From assembly GCA_029243165.1 (NCBI GenBank), contig JAQWSN010000006.1, forward strand, positions 46,083 through 110,082: a stretch of DNA of 64,000 nt, in the 5' to 3' direction. Position 1 is the first letter of the stretch. Each line of letters begins with the position of its first letter. Origin of the DNA: Flavobacteriaceae bacterium. Lineage in GTDB: Bacteria; Bacteroidota; Bacteroidia; Flavobacteriales; Flavobacteriaceae. Positions 29,218 to 39,271 of the stretch are shown here, piece by piece. Under the pieces are notes generated by a model. That model saw nothing but the letters and a program-made list of their open reading frames with translations. It made no database searches and was not told the DNA's origin. The translations under genes were made by a program, and so were the position numbers.

Positions 29218-29770
29218 TGAGTTCTTTTTTTAACTGATTTTTTGCACGAGAGAGAAGCGTTCTGCAACTGCCGTAACTGCATTCAAGAATCTCACTAATT
29301 TCTTCATGGGTGTAGCCTTCCAGATAGTAAAGTTTTAAAATAAGACGGTAACGATGATGTAAGTTATCTAGTGCCTGACCCAGTTGATCCGAAGTGAAGT
29401 TTGGGAATTTCTCTTCACTTTCTTCTGGATTTTCGCTCAATTCCTTTCGGTTTTCAAGAGGAACATCATTCACGATGCGCTTGTTGTAATGGTAAAAAGC
29501 AATACTTTTTCTTATCACAATCTTTCGGAGCCATCCACCAAAATTTCCTTCTCCTTGAAATTGATCCAACTTTTCAAAAGCATTAATCATTCCTTCTTGC
29601 ATAGCATCTTGAGCATCATCGCGATTTTTTAAAATCCCGTAGGCTGCTTGATACAAAGACTGGTGATAGCGTTGATACAATTCCATTTGTGCGATTTGAT
29701 CCTTTTTCTTACAAGCTAGGAGTAAGCGATTAATATTTAATTCTTTGAAGTTCAATGACGGCTTCTTCAT
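29198..29770 (-). CDS. RNA polymerase ECF-type sigma-70 factor
   Basis: 190 aa. Region 2 (FGGWLRKIVIRKSIAFY) and region 4 HTH (HEEISEILECSYGSCRTLLSRAKNQL). Confidence 0.9.
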   Translation of the reverse strand: MKKPSLNFKELNINRLLLACKKKDQIAQMELYQRYHQSLYQAAYGILKNRDDAQDAMQEGMINAFEKLDQFQGEGNFGGWLRKIVIRKSIAFYHYNKRIVNDVPLENRKELSENPEESEEKFPNFTSDQLGQALDNLHHRYRLILKLYYLEGYTHEEISEILECSYGSCRTLLSRAKNQLKKELNERTRA

Positions 29771-29941
29771 GGATATGAGACTAAAATTTGGGAATTGTTA
29801 CACTTTAGATTGGTTTTTTTTTGTGGCACAACTATTGTCTTTACATAGTTGAAGTTATTTTTAAACGCTGAAGACGCAAGTAATTGTAATTTGTAATCTT
29901 TAGCCTTTTTTAAAAATGACAAGATGACCTAAAAAAATAAT

Positions 29942-32407
29942 ATGGCGCGTTCCTTTTTTAATTCAATTGACAACTTGTCACTGCAAGATATTGAATCTGA
30001 TGCAGATTTAATACCCCTAATGACCACTGAAGACGAGGAGGCATTGGAAAGTGAATCACTACCTAGTGCAGTTCCTATTCTTCCCCTGCGCAATACGGTG
30101 CTTTTTCCTGGTGTGGTTATTCCGATAACTGCGGGTCGAGATAAGTCGATCAAACTCATTAAAGACGCAAATAAAGCCGATAAAATTATCGGTGTGGTTG
30201 CCCAGCGAAATGAGGAGGTCGAAAATCCAGGAGCTCAAGATATTCATCACATGGGGACCGTTGCACAAATTCTTCGAGTTCTGAAAATGCCCGATGGAAA
30301 CACAACAATTATTATTCAAGGGAAAAAGCGTTTTAAAATCAAAACCATACTTGAAGAGCAGCCCTATTTGAAAGCAGAAATTGAGTCGGTACAAGATGAA
30401 CGCCCTGATAAAGAGAGTAAAGAATTTCTAGCAACAATTGATTCTATTAAAGACCTCGCTTTACAGATCATTCAAGAAAACCCAAACATCCCCACAGAAG
30501 CTGCCTTTGCGATTAAAAATATTCAAACCGCTTCTTTTTTGATCAATTTTGTGGCTTCCAATATGAATGTTTCAGTAAAGGAAAAACAAAAAATTCTTAC
30601 AGAGATAAATTTACATCAACGTGCTTTACTATGTTTAAAGCATATGAATGATGAATATCAAAAGTTGGCATTAAAAAACGACATTCAGTCCAGAGTGCGT
30701 TCTGAAATGGATAGTCAACAGCGTGAATATTACCTTCATCAACAAATGAAAACCATTCAAGAGGAATTGGGAGGAGTTTCTTACGAAGAGGAAATTGATG
30801 AAATGCGAAGCCGTGCTGTAGAAAAAAAATGGGGCGATGAAGTGGGGAAGCATTTTGATAAAGAATTGATGAAACTTCAACGCATGAATCCTCAGGTGGC
30901 AGAATATTCAGTACAGAGAAATTATTTGGATCTGTTTTTAGATTTGCCTTGGGAAGAATTCTCGAAAGATAATTTTGATTTAAAACGTGCGCAAAAAATT
31001 CTTGATCGCGATCATTTTGGGCTTGAAGAAGTGAAAAAAAGAGTGATTGAATACCTAGCGGTTCTCAAATTGAGGAATGATATGAAATCTCCGATTTTAT
31101 GTCTTTATGGACCTCCAGGAGTGGGAAAAACTTCTCTAGGTAAGTCCATAGCCGAAGCCTTAGGCAGAGAATATATTCGGATTTCATTAGGTGGCATGCG
31201 AGATGAAGCAGAGATACGCGGTCATCGTAAAACCTACATCGGGGCCTTGCCCGGTAGAATCATTCAGAGTTTGAAAAAAGCTGGAACTTCGAATCCAGTA
31301 TTTGTTTTAGATGAAATTGATAAACTGTCAACTGGTGCACAGGGTGATCCTGCCTCTGCACTTCTAGAAGTTTTAGATCCTGAGCAAAACACCAATTTTT
31401 ATGACAACTTTTTGGAAATGGGATATGATTTATCCAAAGTAATGTTTATTGCAACAGCCAATAGTTTGGCTCCCATTCACAGAGCTTTGAGGGATCGAAT
31501 GGAAATGATAAATGTAAGTGGTTACACCATTGAAGAGAAAACAGCTATTGGTCAAAAGTTCTTATTACCCAAGCAGTTAAAAGAACATGGGATGAAACGA
31601 ACCCAACTCAATCTTAAGAAAACGGTTTTAGAAAAAATTGTAGAAGGATACACGCGTGAATCGGGAGTTCGTGGACTGGAAAAACAAATTGCAAAAGCAG
31701 TGCGCTACGCCGCCAAGTCTATTGCCATGGGAGAAGATTACAACCTTTCTCCAGAAATTGAGGATTTAGTTACCCTCCTAGGGCCCCAAAAAGTTCATCG
31801 TGACCTTTATGAAAACAATCATGTAGCCGGAGTCGTTACTGGACTCGCATGGACCGCTGTCGGGGGAGACATTTTATTTATCGAATCCGCAATTTCCAGA
31901 GGTAAAGGCGGATTAAGTATTACAGGGAATTTAGGTAAAATCATGAAAGAATCTGCCACCATAGCCCTGGAGTACATCAAGGCAAATGCAGAATTTATGG
32001 GGCTTTCAGAATTTAAATTCGAAAACTACAACATCCACATTCACGTTCCTGAAGGGGCAACACCCAAGGACGGACCTAGTGCAGGTATTACCATGCTCAC
32101 GTCATTGGTTTCTCTGTTTACCCAAAAGCGGGTCAAGAAAAACTTGGCCATGACGGGTGAAATAACTTTAAGAGGAAAAGTATTGCCTGTAGGAGGAATT
32201 AAAGAAAAGATCTTAGCTGCCAAGCGTTCCAAAATCAAAGAGATCATTTTATGTCAGGAAAACAAAAAAGATATTGATGAAATTAATCCTAAGTATTTGA
32301 AAGGACTTAGGTTTCATTACGTTTCTGAAATGCATGAAGTAGTTTCGTTGGCGGTAACCTCACAAAAGGTTGTCAACGCAAAGAATTTGCTGGTTTCGCA
32401 AAATTAA
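29942..32407 (+). CDS. lon: ATP-dependent Lon protease
   Basis: 821 aa. LON N-domain, Walker [10 protein letters not shown], and protease Ser in [11 protein letters not shown]. Confidence 0.97.
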   Translation: MARSFFNSIDNLSLQDIESDADLIPLMTTEDEEALESESLPSAVPILPLRNTVLFPGVVIPITAGRDKSIKLIKDANKADKIIGVVAQRNEEVENPGAQDIHHMGTVAQILRVLKMPDGNTTIIIQGKKRFKIKTILEEQPYLKAEIESVQDERPDKESKEFLATIDSIKDLALQIIQENPNIPTEAAFAIKNIQTASFLINFVASNMNVSVKEKQKILTEINLHQRALLCLKHMNDEYQKLALKNDIQSRVRSEMDSQQREYYLHQQMKTIQEELGGVSYEEEIDEMRSRAVEKKWGDEVGKHFDKELMKLQRMNPQVAEYSVQRNYLDLFLDLPWEEFSKDNFDLKRAQKILDRDHFGLEEVKKRVIEYLAVLKLRNDMKSPILCLYGPPGVGKTSLGKSIAEALGREYIRISLGGMRDEAEIRGHRKTYIGALPGRIIQSLKKAGTSNPVFVLDEIDKLSTGAQGDPASALLEVLDPEQNTNFYDNFLEMGYDLSKVMFIATANSLAPIHRALRDRMEMINVSGYTIEEKTAIGQKFLLPKQLKEHGMKRTQLNLKKTVLEKIVEGYTRESGVRGLEKQIAKAVRYAAKSIAMGEDYNLSPEIEDLVTLLGPQKVHRDLYENNHVAGVVTGLAWTAVGGDILFIESAISRGKGGLSITGNLGKIMKESATIALEYIKANAEFMGLSEFKFENYNIHIHVPEGATPKDGPSAGITMLTSLVSLFTQKRVKKNLAMTGEITLRGKVLPVGGIKEKILAAKRSKIKEIILCQENKKDIDEINPKYLKGLRFHYVSEMHEVVSLAVTSQKVVNAKNLLVSQN

Positions 32408-32423
32408 ATGCTATTTTTAAATC

Positions 32424-33101
32424 ATGAATAAACTGATCATTGCCATAGATGGGTTGGCTTCTACAGGAAAAAGTACGCAAGCCAAACGTCTAGCCAAAAC
32501 CTTGAATTACATTTATGTAGATTCAGGAGCAATGTATCGAGCGGTAACTTTATTTGGTTTAAAACAACAACCCGAAGGACGTCTTGACTTAGGAGTACTC
32601 ACCCAATCTTTAGATCAAATCAAGATTCATTTTGAGGGAGGGGCTGAGGCTCAACAAACCTTTTTAAATGGCGAAAATGTTACCAGTGCCCTTCGCGATC
32701 CAAAGATCAATGAGTATGTGAGCGAGGTAGCTGCTCTTGAAGCTGTTCGTTCTTTTTTAGGCGAACAACAAAAAAGAATGGGTACAGATAAAGGAGTTGT
32801 CATGGACGGTCGAGACATTGGGACGGTAATTTTTCCTCAAGCGGATTGCAAATTTTTTTTAACAGCCTCAGCAGAAGTTCGAGCTCAAAGAAGGCATCAA
32901 GAGCAATTGGAAGCGGGTCATGAAGAGTCTTTTGAAGAGGTATTTGCCAATGTTGTAGCTCGTGACCAACAGGACAGCAGTCGTACGGTCGCTCCTCTAG
33001 AAAAAGCTCATGACGCTGTTGAAATCGATGTAAGTGAGATGACCCTTGATGAGGTGTTTGATTTATTGTATGTTACAGTCTTAAAAAAGCTTAAATCTTA
33101 G
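32424..33101 (+). CDS. cmk: cytidylate kinase
   Basis: 225 aa. IAIDGLASTGKST P-loop and DSGAMYRA motif. Confidence 0.95.
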   Translation: MNKLIIAIDGLASTGKSTQAKRLAKTLNYIYVDSGAMYRAVTLFGLKQQPEGRLDLGVLTQSLDQIKIHFEGGAEAQQTFLNGENVTSALRDPKINEYVSEVAALEAVRSFLGEQQKRMGTDKGVVMDGRDIGTVIFPQADCKFFLTASAEVRAQRRHQEQLEAGHEESFEEVFANVVARDQQDSSRTVAPLEKAHDAVEIDVSEMTLDEVFDLLYVTVLKKLKS

Positions 33102-33124
33102 CGCATTAAAAAGCAGATAAATTA

Positions 33125-33155
33125 TTTGTTTATCAACTCATTAGAAGTATATTTG
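33125..33155 (+). promoter_or_regulatory. candidate Bacteroidota sigma-A promoter for rpsA (TTTG-N19-TATATTTG)
   Basis: TTTG at 33125..33128, a 19-nt spacer, and exact TAnnTTTG (TATATTTG) at 33148..33155. Implies a leader of about 100 nt before ATG 33263. Confidence 0.5.
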
Positions 33156-33262
33156 CAAGCTTTTTGTTGGTAGGAAAAACCGAAGAGCACACAACAAACA
33201 AATAACATCTTCTGTAATTGCAACTAAGTTTTTCCCGTTTACAGAATACAAAACCCTCGGAA

Positions 33263-35314
33263 ATGGCGAAGAAACCAACCGAAAATTCAGCTGCTGAAGA
33301 AAGCACTGAAGCTAAAAAACCCGCAGCAAAGAAGGCAACTGCTAAAAAAGCTGCTCCCAAAAAAACAACCGCAAAAAAAGAAACTGCAACTACAAAAGCT
33401 AAAAAAGCAACTCCCAAAAAGGTAGACGCTGAAATAGAAAAAGTAGAAGCACCCAAAGAAGAAGTAACTGCAGAAGCAACTGAAACTGTTGCTGAAGTTC
33501 AGGTTGCTGACACTACTGAAGACGTTGCGGTAAAAGAAGATAAAAAACCTTCTGCTGAAGAAACGGAAGCTGCACAAGCTGAATTTTTATCCAACTTCAA
33601 TTGGCACAATTACCAAGAAGGAATTGATGTAATTGAAGACAAGCAATTGGATGAATTTGAAAAATTAGTAAAAGATAATTTTGTTGATACTGCCGATGAT
33701 GATGTTATCGAAGGAGAAGTTGTTTACATGACGGACCGAGAAGCTATCATTGATATTAACGCAAAATCTGAAGGAGTCATTTCACTTAATGAATTCCGAT
33801 ACAACCCTAACCTTAAAGTAGGAGATAAGGTTGAAGTGATCGTAGACATGCGAGAAGACCGTACAGGTCAATTGGTTTTATCTCACCGAAAAGCTCGTGT
33901 TATTAAAGCATGGGATCGAGTAAACAATGCGCACGACAATGGTGAAATCGTTAGTGGTTTTGTAAAATGTAGAACTAAAGGAGGTATGATTGTTGATGTT
34001 TTTGGAATCGAGGCGTTCTTGCCAGGTTCTCAAATCGATGTGAAACCTATTCGCGATTACGATCAATACGTCAATAAAACCATGGAATTCAAAGTTGTTA
34101 AAATCAACCATGAGTTTAAAAACGTGGTGGTTTCTCACAAAGCACTTATCGAAGCCGATATTGAGGAACAGAAAAAAGAAATTATTGGCCAGTTAGAAAA
34201 AGGTCAGGTATTGGAAGGTACAGTGAAAAACATCACTTCATACGGAGTCTTTATTGACCTTGGAGGGGTAGATGGATTAATTCACATTACGGACCTGTCT
34301 TGGAGTCGTATTAATCATCCAAGTGAGATTTTAGAATTGGATCAAAAATTAAATGTTGTAATTCTTGATTTTGACGATAATAAATCTAGAATTCAGCTTG
34401 GTCTGAAACAACTCAGTGCGCACCCTTGGGATCAGCTTTCTGATACGTTGAAAGAAGGAGATAAGGTAAAAGGAAAAGTTGTTGTAATAGCAGATTACGG
34501 AGCTTTTGTTGAAATCGAAGAAGGAGTAGAGGGATTGATTCACGTATCTGAAATGTCTTGGTCTACACACTTAAGATCTGCCCAAGATTTTGTTAATGTG
34601 GGCGATGAGGTTGAAGCAGTAGTTTTAACTCTTGATCGTGAATCCAGAAAAATGTCTCTAGGGATCAAGCAAATTACTCCTGATCCATGGACTGATATTA
34701 CTTCAAAATACCCCATTGGTTCAAAGCATTCAGGCTTGGTAAGAAACTTTACCAACTTCGGTGTCTTTATTGAATTAGAGGAAGGCATAGATGGATTGGT
34801 TTACATATCAGACCTTTCATGGACTAAAAAAGTAAAGCATCCTTCGGAAGTACTTACCTTAGGTGATAAAATCGACGTTATCGTTCTTGAATTGGATGTT
34901 GAAGGCCGTAAATTGAGTTTGGGTCATAAGCAAACCATGGAAAATCCATGGGACAAGTACGAAAAAGAATTTGGAGTGGATACATTACACACTGCTGCAA
35001 TTACTGAAATCGTGGACAAAGGGGCAACCATTCATTTTAATGAAGATATTGTAGCTTTTATTCCGTCACGTCATCTTGAAAAAGAAGACGGGAATAAGCT
35101 CAATAAAGGAGAAGAAGCTGCATTTAAAATCATTGAATTCAGTAAAGAATTTAAAAGAGTAGTAGCTTCTCATACGGTTACCTTTAGAGAGCAAGAGATG
35201 AAAAATGTCAAGCGTGCTGCAAAGAAAGTTGCAGCCTCTAATGCTGACAAAGCAACTCTCGGAGATCTTGATGCGTTGGCCAACTTGAAAGAAAAAATGG
35301 ACAACGATAAGTAG
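33263..35314 (+). CDS. rpsA: 30S ribosomal protein S1 with a Lys/Ala-rich then acidic N-terminal extension of about 105 aa
   Basis: Track ORF starts at TTG 33218; the first ATG is 33263 (MAKKPTEN..). Canonical S1 begins near FLSNFNWHNYQEGI and is followed by six S1-domain repeats. Confidence 0.93.
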   Translation: MAKKPTENSAAEESTEAKKPAAKKATAKKAAPKKTTAKKETATTKAKKATPKKVDAEIEKVEAPKEEVTAEATETVAEVQVADTTEDVAVKEDKKPSAEETEAAQAEFLSNFNWHNYQEGIDVIEDKQLDEFEKLVKDNFVDTADDDVIEGEVVYMTDREAIIDINAKSEGVISLNEFRYNPNLKVGDKVEVIVDMREDRTGQLVLSHRKARVIKAWDRVNNAHDNGEIVSGFVKCRTKGGMIVDVFGIEAFLPGSQIDVKPIRDYDQYVNKTMEFKVVKINHEFKNVVVSHKALIEADIEEQKKEIIGQLEKGQVLEGTVKNITSYGVFIDLGGVDGLIHITDLSWSRINHPSEILELDQKLNVVILDFDDNKSRIQLGLKQLSAHPWDQLSDTLKEGDKVKGKVVVIADYGAFVEIEEGVEGLIHVSEMSWSTHLRSAQDFVNVGDEVEAVVLTLDRESRKMSLGIKQITPDPWTDITSKYPIGSKHSGLVRNFTNFGVFIELEEGIDGLVYISDLSWTKKVKHPSEVLTLGDKIDVIVLELDVEGRKLSLGHKQTMENPWDKYEKEFGVDTLHTAAITEIVDKGATIHFNEDIVAFIPSRHLEKEDGNKLNKGEEAAFKIIEFSKEFKRVVASHTVTFREQEMKNVKRAAKKVAASNADKATLGDLDALANLKEKMDNDK

Positions 35315-35345
35315 AAATTCATAAAGAGTTTAATTATCTAAAAAC

Positions 35346-35367
35346 CCTCCATTCGGAGGTTTTTTTT
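35346..35367 (+). terminator. rho-independent terminator after rpsA
   Basis: CCTCC-ATTC-GGAGG hairpin followed by T8, 32 nt after the rpsA stop. Confidence 0.75.
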
Positions 35368-35383
35368 ATCGTGAAGAAACTCC

Positions 35384-35391
35384 TACTTTTG
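35384..35391 (+). promoter_or_regulatory. candidate -7 box (TACTTTTG) for the pyrR-pyrB operon
   Basis: Exact TAnnTTTG match 17 nt upstream of ATG 35408. No clean -33 TTTG. Confidence 0.3.
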
Positions 35392-35407
35392 TACCATTAC
35401 TTAGAAG

Positions 35408-35950
35408 ATGGAGCCAAAAGTGCTACTTAGCGACAAAAAAATCAGTATCATTTTAAACCGTCTTTGTTTTCAACTTATTGAACAACACGGTGATTTTTCA
35501 AATGCAGTACTGGTAGGCTTGCAGCCTAGAGGCACTTTATTGCTAGATCGATTGGTGGAATTACTAACCCAATCAGGAATAAAAGAACTAAAAACGGGAA
35601 AATTAGACACCACTTTTTTCCGTGATGATTTTAGGAGAAGTGAACGCCCTCATAGTGCCAATGCTACAATAATGAATCAATCTGTTGAAGGGAAAGATGT
35701 TGTACTCATTGATGATGTATTGTTTACCGGAAGAAGCATACGTGCGGCACTCACTGCAATAGATACTTACGGCAGACCAAAGTCTGTAGAATTGTTGGTT
35801 CTTGTGGACAGAAGATTCAGTCGCCATTTACCCATTCAACCGGATTATCTTGGAGCTCAGATAGATGCTCTTCAAGGAGATAAGGTGAAAGTGGTATGGT
35901 CTGAAGGCGAAATAAAAAATACAGTGTACCTAGAAAAACACCTTGAATGA
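35408..35950 (+). CDS. pyrR: bifunctional pyr operon regulator / uracil phosphoribosyltransferase PyrR
   Basis: 180 aa. PRPP-binding loop VVLIDDVLFTGRSIRAAL. Confidence 0.9.
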   Translation: MEPKVLLSDKKISIILNRLCFQLIEQHGDFSNAVLVGLQPRGTLLLDRLVELLTQSGIKELKTGKLDTTFFRDDFRRSERPHSANATIMNQSVEGKDVVLIDDVLFTGRSIRAALTAIDTYGRPKSVELLVLVDRRFSRHLPIQPDYLGAQIDALQGDKVKVVWSEGEIKNTVYLEKHLE

Positions 35951-36885
35951 AAACATTAAGTGTTTCACATCTTTTGGGAATTAAATATCTTCAGCAAGAG
36001 GACCTGCAATTGATTTTTGAAACGGCTAAACACTTTAAAGAAGTCATCAACAGACCCATTAAGAAAGTTCCCAGTTTGCGAGACATTAACATTGCAAATT
36101 TATTTTTTGAAAATAGTACCCGAACAAAACTATCTTTTGAATTGGCCGAAAAAAGATTAAGTGCGGATGTGTTAAATTTTTCAGCCAATCAATCCTCCCT
36201 TAAAAAGGGAGAGACCCTAGTCGATACGGTAAATAACATTTTAGCAATGAAAGTGGATATGGTCGTCATTCGGCATCCTCATCCTGGAGCGGCTCATTTT
36301 CTTTCAAAACGAGTTGATTCTTGCATTATCAATGCGGGAGATGGAACTCATGAACACCCCTCACAAGCTTTGTTGGATGCTTTTTCTCTTCAAGAAAAAT
36401 TTGGTGAACTAAAAGGAAAACGCATTGCAATTGTTGGCGATATTTTACATTCTCGAGTTGCGTTATCTAATATTTACGCTCTGAAAATGTTGGGTGCCGA
36501 AGTTCAAGTTTGTGCACCAAAATCCTTACTACCCAAGCATATTAAATCTTTAGGGGTTGATGTCTCTTCTGACTTTACAAAGACCCTGAAGTGGTGTGAT
36601 GCTGTAAACATGCTCCGAGTACAAAATGAACGTATGGATTTGAATTATTTCCCTTCCACTAGAGAATACAGTCAGAACTTTGGACTTACTAACGAACGTT
36701 TAAAACCTCTGCGAAAAGAAATTGTAATTCTTCATCCGGGTCCAATCAACAGAGGTGTTGAGATATCTAGTGAGGTTGCTGATTCAGATCAGGCTATTAT
36801 TTTAGATCAGGTTGAAAACGGTGTTGCCATACGCATGGCAATCATCTATCTTTTAGCATCAAAACTCAATATCCCCATAGCATGA
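35947..36885 (+). CDS. pyrB: aspartate carbamoyltransferase catalytic subunit
   Basis: 312 aa. STRTKLSFE carbamoyl-phosphate motif, HEHPSQALLD and HPGPINRG. ATGA overlap with pyrR. Confidence 0.95.
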   Translation: MKTLSVSHLLGIKYLQQEDLQLIFETAKHFKEVINRPIKKVPSLRDINIANLFFENSTRTKLSFELAEKRLSADVLNFSANQSSLKKGETLVDTVNNILAMKVDMVVIRHPHPGAAHFLSKRVDSCIINAGDGTHEHPSQALLDAFSLQEKFGELKGKRIAIVGDILHSRVALSNIYALKMLGAEVQVCAPKSLLPKHIKSLGVDVSSDFTKTLKWCDAVNMLRVQNERMDLNYFPSTREYSQNFGLTNERLKPLRKEIVILHPGPINRGVEISSEVADSDQAIILDQVENGVAIRMAIIYLLASKLNIPIA

Positions 36886-37196
36886 TTTGCTTTGATGAAA
36901 ATGAGATTGGAAGTTTATCAGCAGATCATTTCATTGCTGAAAAAGAGGATTGTATGGAACAGTTGAAAAGTAGAAAATCTTTTGATTTGATACTTGATTG
37001 TAGTAAGCTCCTTTTACCAATGACAGATTTGGAAACCATTAATGACTTGCAAAAAGTAAAAGAAAGGGTTATGGTTGTAGTTGTTTCTACGGATCAAATT
37101 GATTCATTACCGATGGATTGGAATGCGGTTCCCACTCAAGAGGAAGCTTTTGATTTTATTTCTTTTGAACGCATGCAACGCGATTTAGGTTTTTAA
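36882..37196 (+). CDS. small acidic protein of unknown function, translationally coupled to pyrB
   Basis: 104 aa. ATGA overlap with the pyrB stop; ends 2 nt before rnz. No family recognised (faint STAS-like pattern FDLILDCSKL). Confidence 0.45.
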   Translation: MICFDENEIGSLSADHFIAEKEDCMEQLKSRKSFDLILDCSKLLLPMTDLETINDLQKVKERVMVVVVSTDQIDSLPMDWNAVPTQEEAFDFISFERMQRDLGF

Positions 37197-37198
37197 TC

Positions 37199-38107
37199 AT
37201 GATGAAACTGACCATTTTAGGATGCCACTCTGCAACTCCCAGAGAAAACAAACACACCACTTCTCAGTTGTTGGAGACCAAGGGGAACTTATTCCTGATT
37301 GATTGTGGAGAGGGAACACAGATGCAGTTGAGACGTTCTAAAATTAAGTTTTCTCGTATTCAACATGTTTTTATTTCTCATTTGCATGGGGATCATTTTT
37401 ATGGATTAATTGGATTGATTAGTACTTTTCGTTTGTTGGGTAGAACTGCACCGATGACAATCTATGGGCCAAAAGGAATTAAGGAAATCATCACACTTCA
37501 ATTAAAATTGGCAAAGTCTTGGACTAACTATGAACTTCATTTTAGAGAACTCGATGCAACAATTCCTGAACTTCTTTATGAGGATGAAAATGTAAGCGTA
37601 AGTACGCTGCCTCTAGATCACAGAGTGTACACCAATGGATTTCTCTTTAACACAAAGTCTTTAAAAAGAAAAATCAATACGGAAGCCCTAGGAACATTGA
37701 ATTTAAAACCATTTCATTACGATCAATTGCAAAAAGGATTGTCTATTGAGCTTGAGAATGGGGAAACCATAGAAAATCATATTCTAACACTCCCTCCAGA
37801 TCCTCCAAAAAAGTATGCTTTTTGCAGTGATACCGCTTTTCACGAAGCACTTATTCCAGAGATAAAAGGTGTAGATTTATTGTACCATGAGGCTACCTTT
37901 TTGGAACAACACAAAGATCTAGCAAAAAAAACCAAACACAGTACAGCCAAAGAGGCTGCAGTAATAGCCAAAAAAGCTGAAGTAAAACAATTGATGTTAG
38001 GACATTACTCAAACCGCTACAGCGATAAAAATGAATTTGTAAAGGAGGCCTCATCAATTTTTGAAAATGTAATTTTATCGGAAGATCTTAAAAGCTTTTC
38101 CATATGA
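37199..38107 (+). CDS. rnz: ribonuclease Z (tRNA 3' endonuclease)
   Basis: 302 aa. Metallo-beta-lactamase motif HLHGDH and N-terminal LGCHSATP. Confidence 0.9.
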   Translation: MMKLTILGCHSATPRENKHTTSQLLETKGNLFLIDCGEGTQMQLRRSKIKFSRIQHVFISHLHGDHFYGLIGLISTFRLLGRTAPMTIYGPKGIKEIITLQLKLAKSWTNYELHFRELDATIPELLYEDENVSVSTLPLDHRVYTNGFLFNTKSLKRKINTEALGTLNLKPFHYDQLQKGLSIELENGETIENHILTLPPDPPKKYAFCSDTAFHEALIPEIKGVDLLYHEATFLEQHKDLAKKTKHSTAKEAAVIAKKAEVKQLMLGHYSNRYSDKNEFVKEASSIFENVILSEDLKSFSI

Positions 38108-38135
38108 CTAAAATGGATTGTAAATTGTAACTCAA

Positions 38136-38783
38136 ATGAAAGAAAAAGACTTAGGAAATTTAAGGAAATCATACACAAAGAATGAGTTAAAAGCAGCGGA
38201 TATTGCCAACGATCCGATGGCATTTTTTGGAAGTTGGTTTAACGAAGCAGAACACCATCCTGAAATTGACGAAGCCAATGCAATGACTCTTGCCACTCTT
38301 GGTTTGGATGACTATCCAAAAGCTCGAGTTGTGTTGCTTAAAGCAATCAATGAAAAGGGTTTTGTTTTTTACACGAATTATCAGAGTGAGAAAGGGCTTT
38401 CCATTGCGCATCACGCCAAGGTAGGGCTTAGTTTTTTTTGGCCTGCTTTGGAACGACAAGTAATCATTAAAGGTACAGCAGAACAATTGAAGCCTGAGGT
38501 TTCTAATGCTTATTTTAATAGCCGTCCCAAAGGAAGTCAGTTGGGTGCCTTAGTTTCAGAGCAGAGCAAAGTAATTACCGACCGTTCTATTTTAGAAGCT
38601 AAATTAGAAGCCCTAGAGAATGAATATCAAGACAAATCGGTTGATCGTCCTGAGCATTGGGGAGGGTATGTAGTAGTGCCAAAGTGTATTGAGTTTTGGC
38701 AGGGTCGTCCTAATCGATTACACGATCGTATCCGTTGCCAGTGGCAAGGAAGTTTTTGGAATATTGAACGTTTAGCACCCTAA
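38136..38783 (+). CDS. pdxH: pyridoxamine 5'-phosphate oxidase
   Basis: 215 aa. RVVLLK, FVFYTNYQSEKG and C-terminal EFWQGRPNRLHDR motifs. Confidence 0.95.
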   Translation: MKEKDLGNLRKSYTKNELKAADIANDPMAFFGSWFNEAEHHPEIDEANAMTLATLGLDDYPKARVVLLKAINEKGFVFYTNYQSEKGLSIAHHAKVGLSFFWPALERQVIIKGTAEQLKPEVSNAYFNSRPKGSQLGALVSEQSKVITDRSILEAKLEALENEYQDKSVDRPEHWGGYVVVPKCIEFWQGRPNRLHDRIRCQWQGSFWNIERLAP

Positions 38784-39271
38784 TGATGAAAGAATTATTG
38801 TTATTGCGACATGCGAAGTCCTCTTGGGAATTTCTGGTTGAGGACCGCAACCGAACTTTGACCGAAGGAGGAATTCAAAGAGCTATTGCAATGGCAACCG
38901 CATCGAAAGATGTTTTGAACGAGTTTGAGATCGTATATTCTAGTCCAGCCAATAGAGCTCTGCATACAGCCTGTATCATGATGCACGAAATTCAAAAACC
39001 CTTTGAACAATTAAATGTAAGAGAACCCCTTTATACTTTTGAAACCTCTCAATTAATTCAATTTATTAAATCTTTACCTGATCAATATGCTAAGGTTATT
39101 TGTGTGGGGCATAACCCCGCCTTTACACAGGCGGTAACTGTTTTGTCCACCACCGACTTGGATCACCTGCCAACTGCCGCTTGGGCTCGAATACAATTTG
39201 AGCAAGAAGAGTGGAAGAATGTTCAAAACGGCAAAGCAAGCCTCGGATTACCTAAAGAAATATTGAAATGA
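38783..39271 (+). CDS. SixA-like histidine phosphatase family protein
   Basis: 162 aa. RHAKS catalytic motif near the N-terminus and GHNP motif. TAATG overlap with pdxH and ATGA overlap with ppk. Confidence 0.75.
   Translation: MMKELLLLRHAKSSWEFLVEDRNRTLTEGGIQRAIAMATASKDVLNEFEIVYSSPANRALHTACIMMHEIQKPFEQLNVREPLYTFETSQLIQFIKSLPDQYAKVICVGHNPAFTQAVTVLSTTDLDHLPTAAWARIQFEQEEWKNVQNGKASLGLPKEILK

Noticed and set aside
33133-33577. Two minus-strand ORFs (107 and 96 aa) rich in Phe, Ser and Ala
   Set aside because: They are the reverse-complement reading of the Lys/Ala-rich rpsA extension (AAA/GCT repeats become TTT/AGC). They are a low-complexity artefact.
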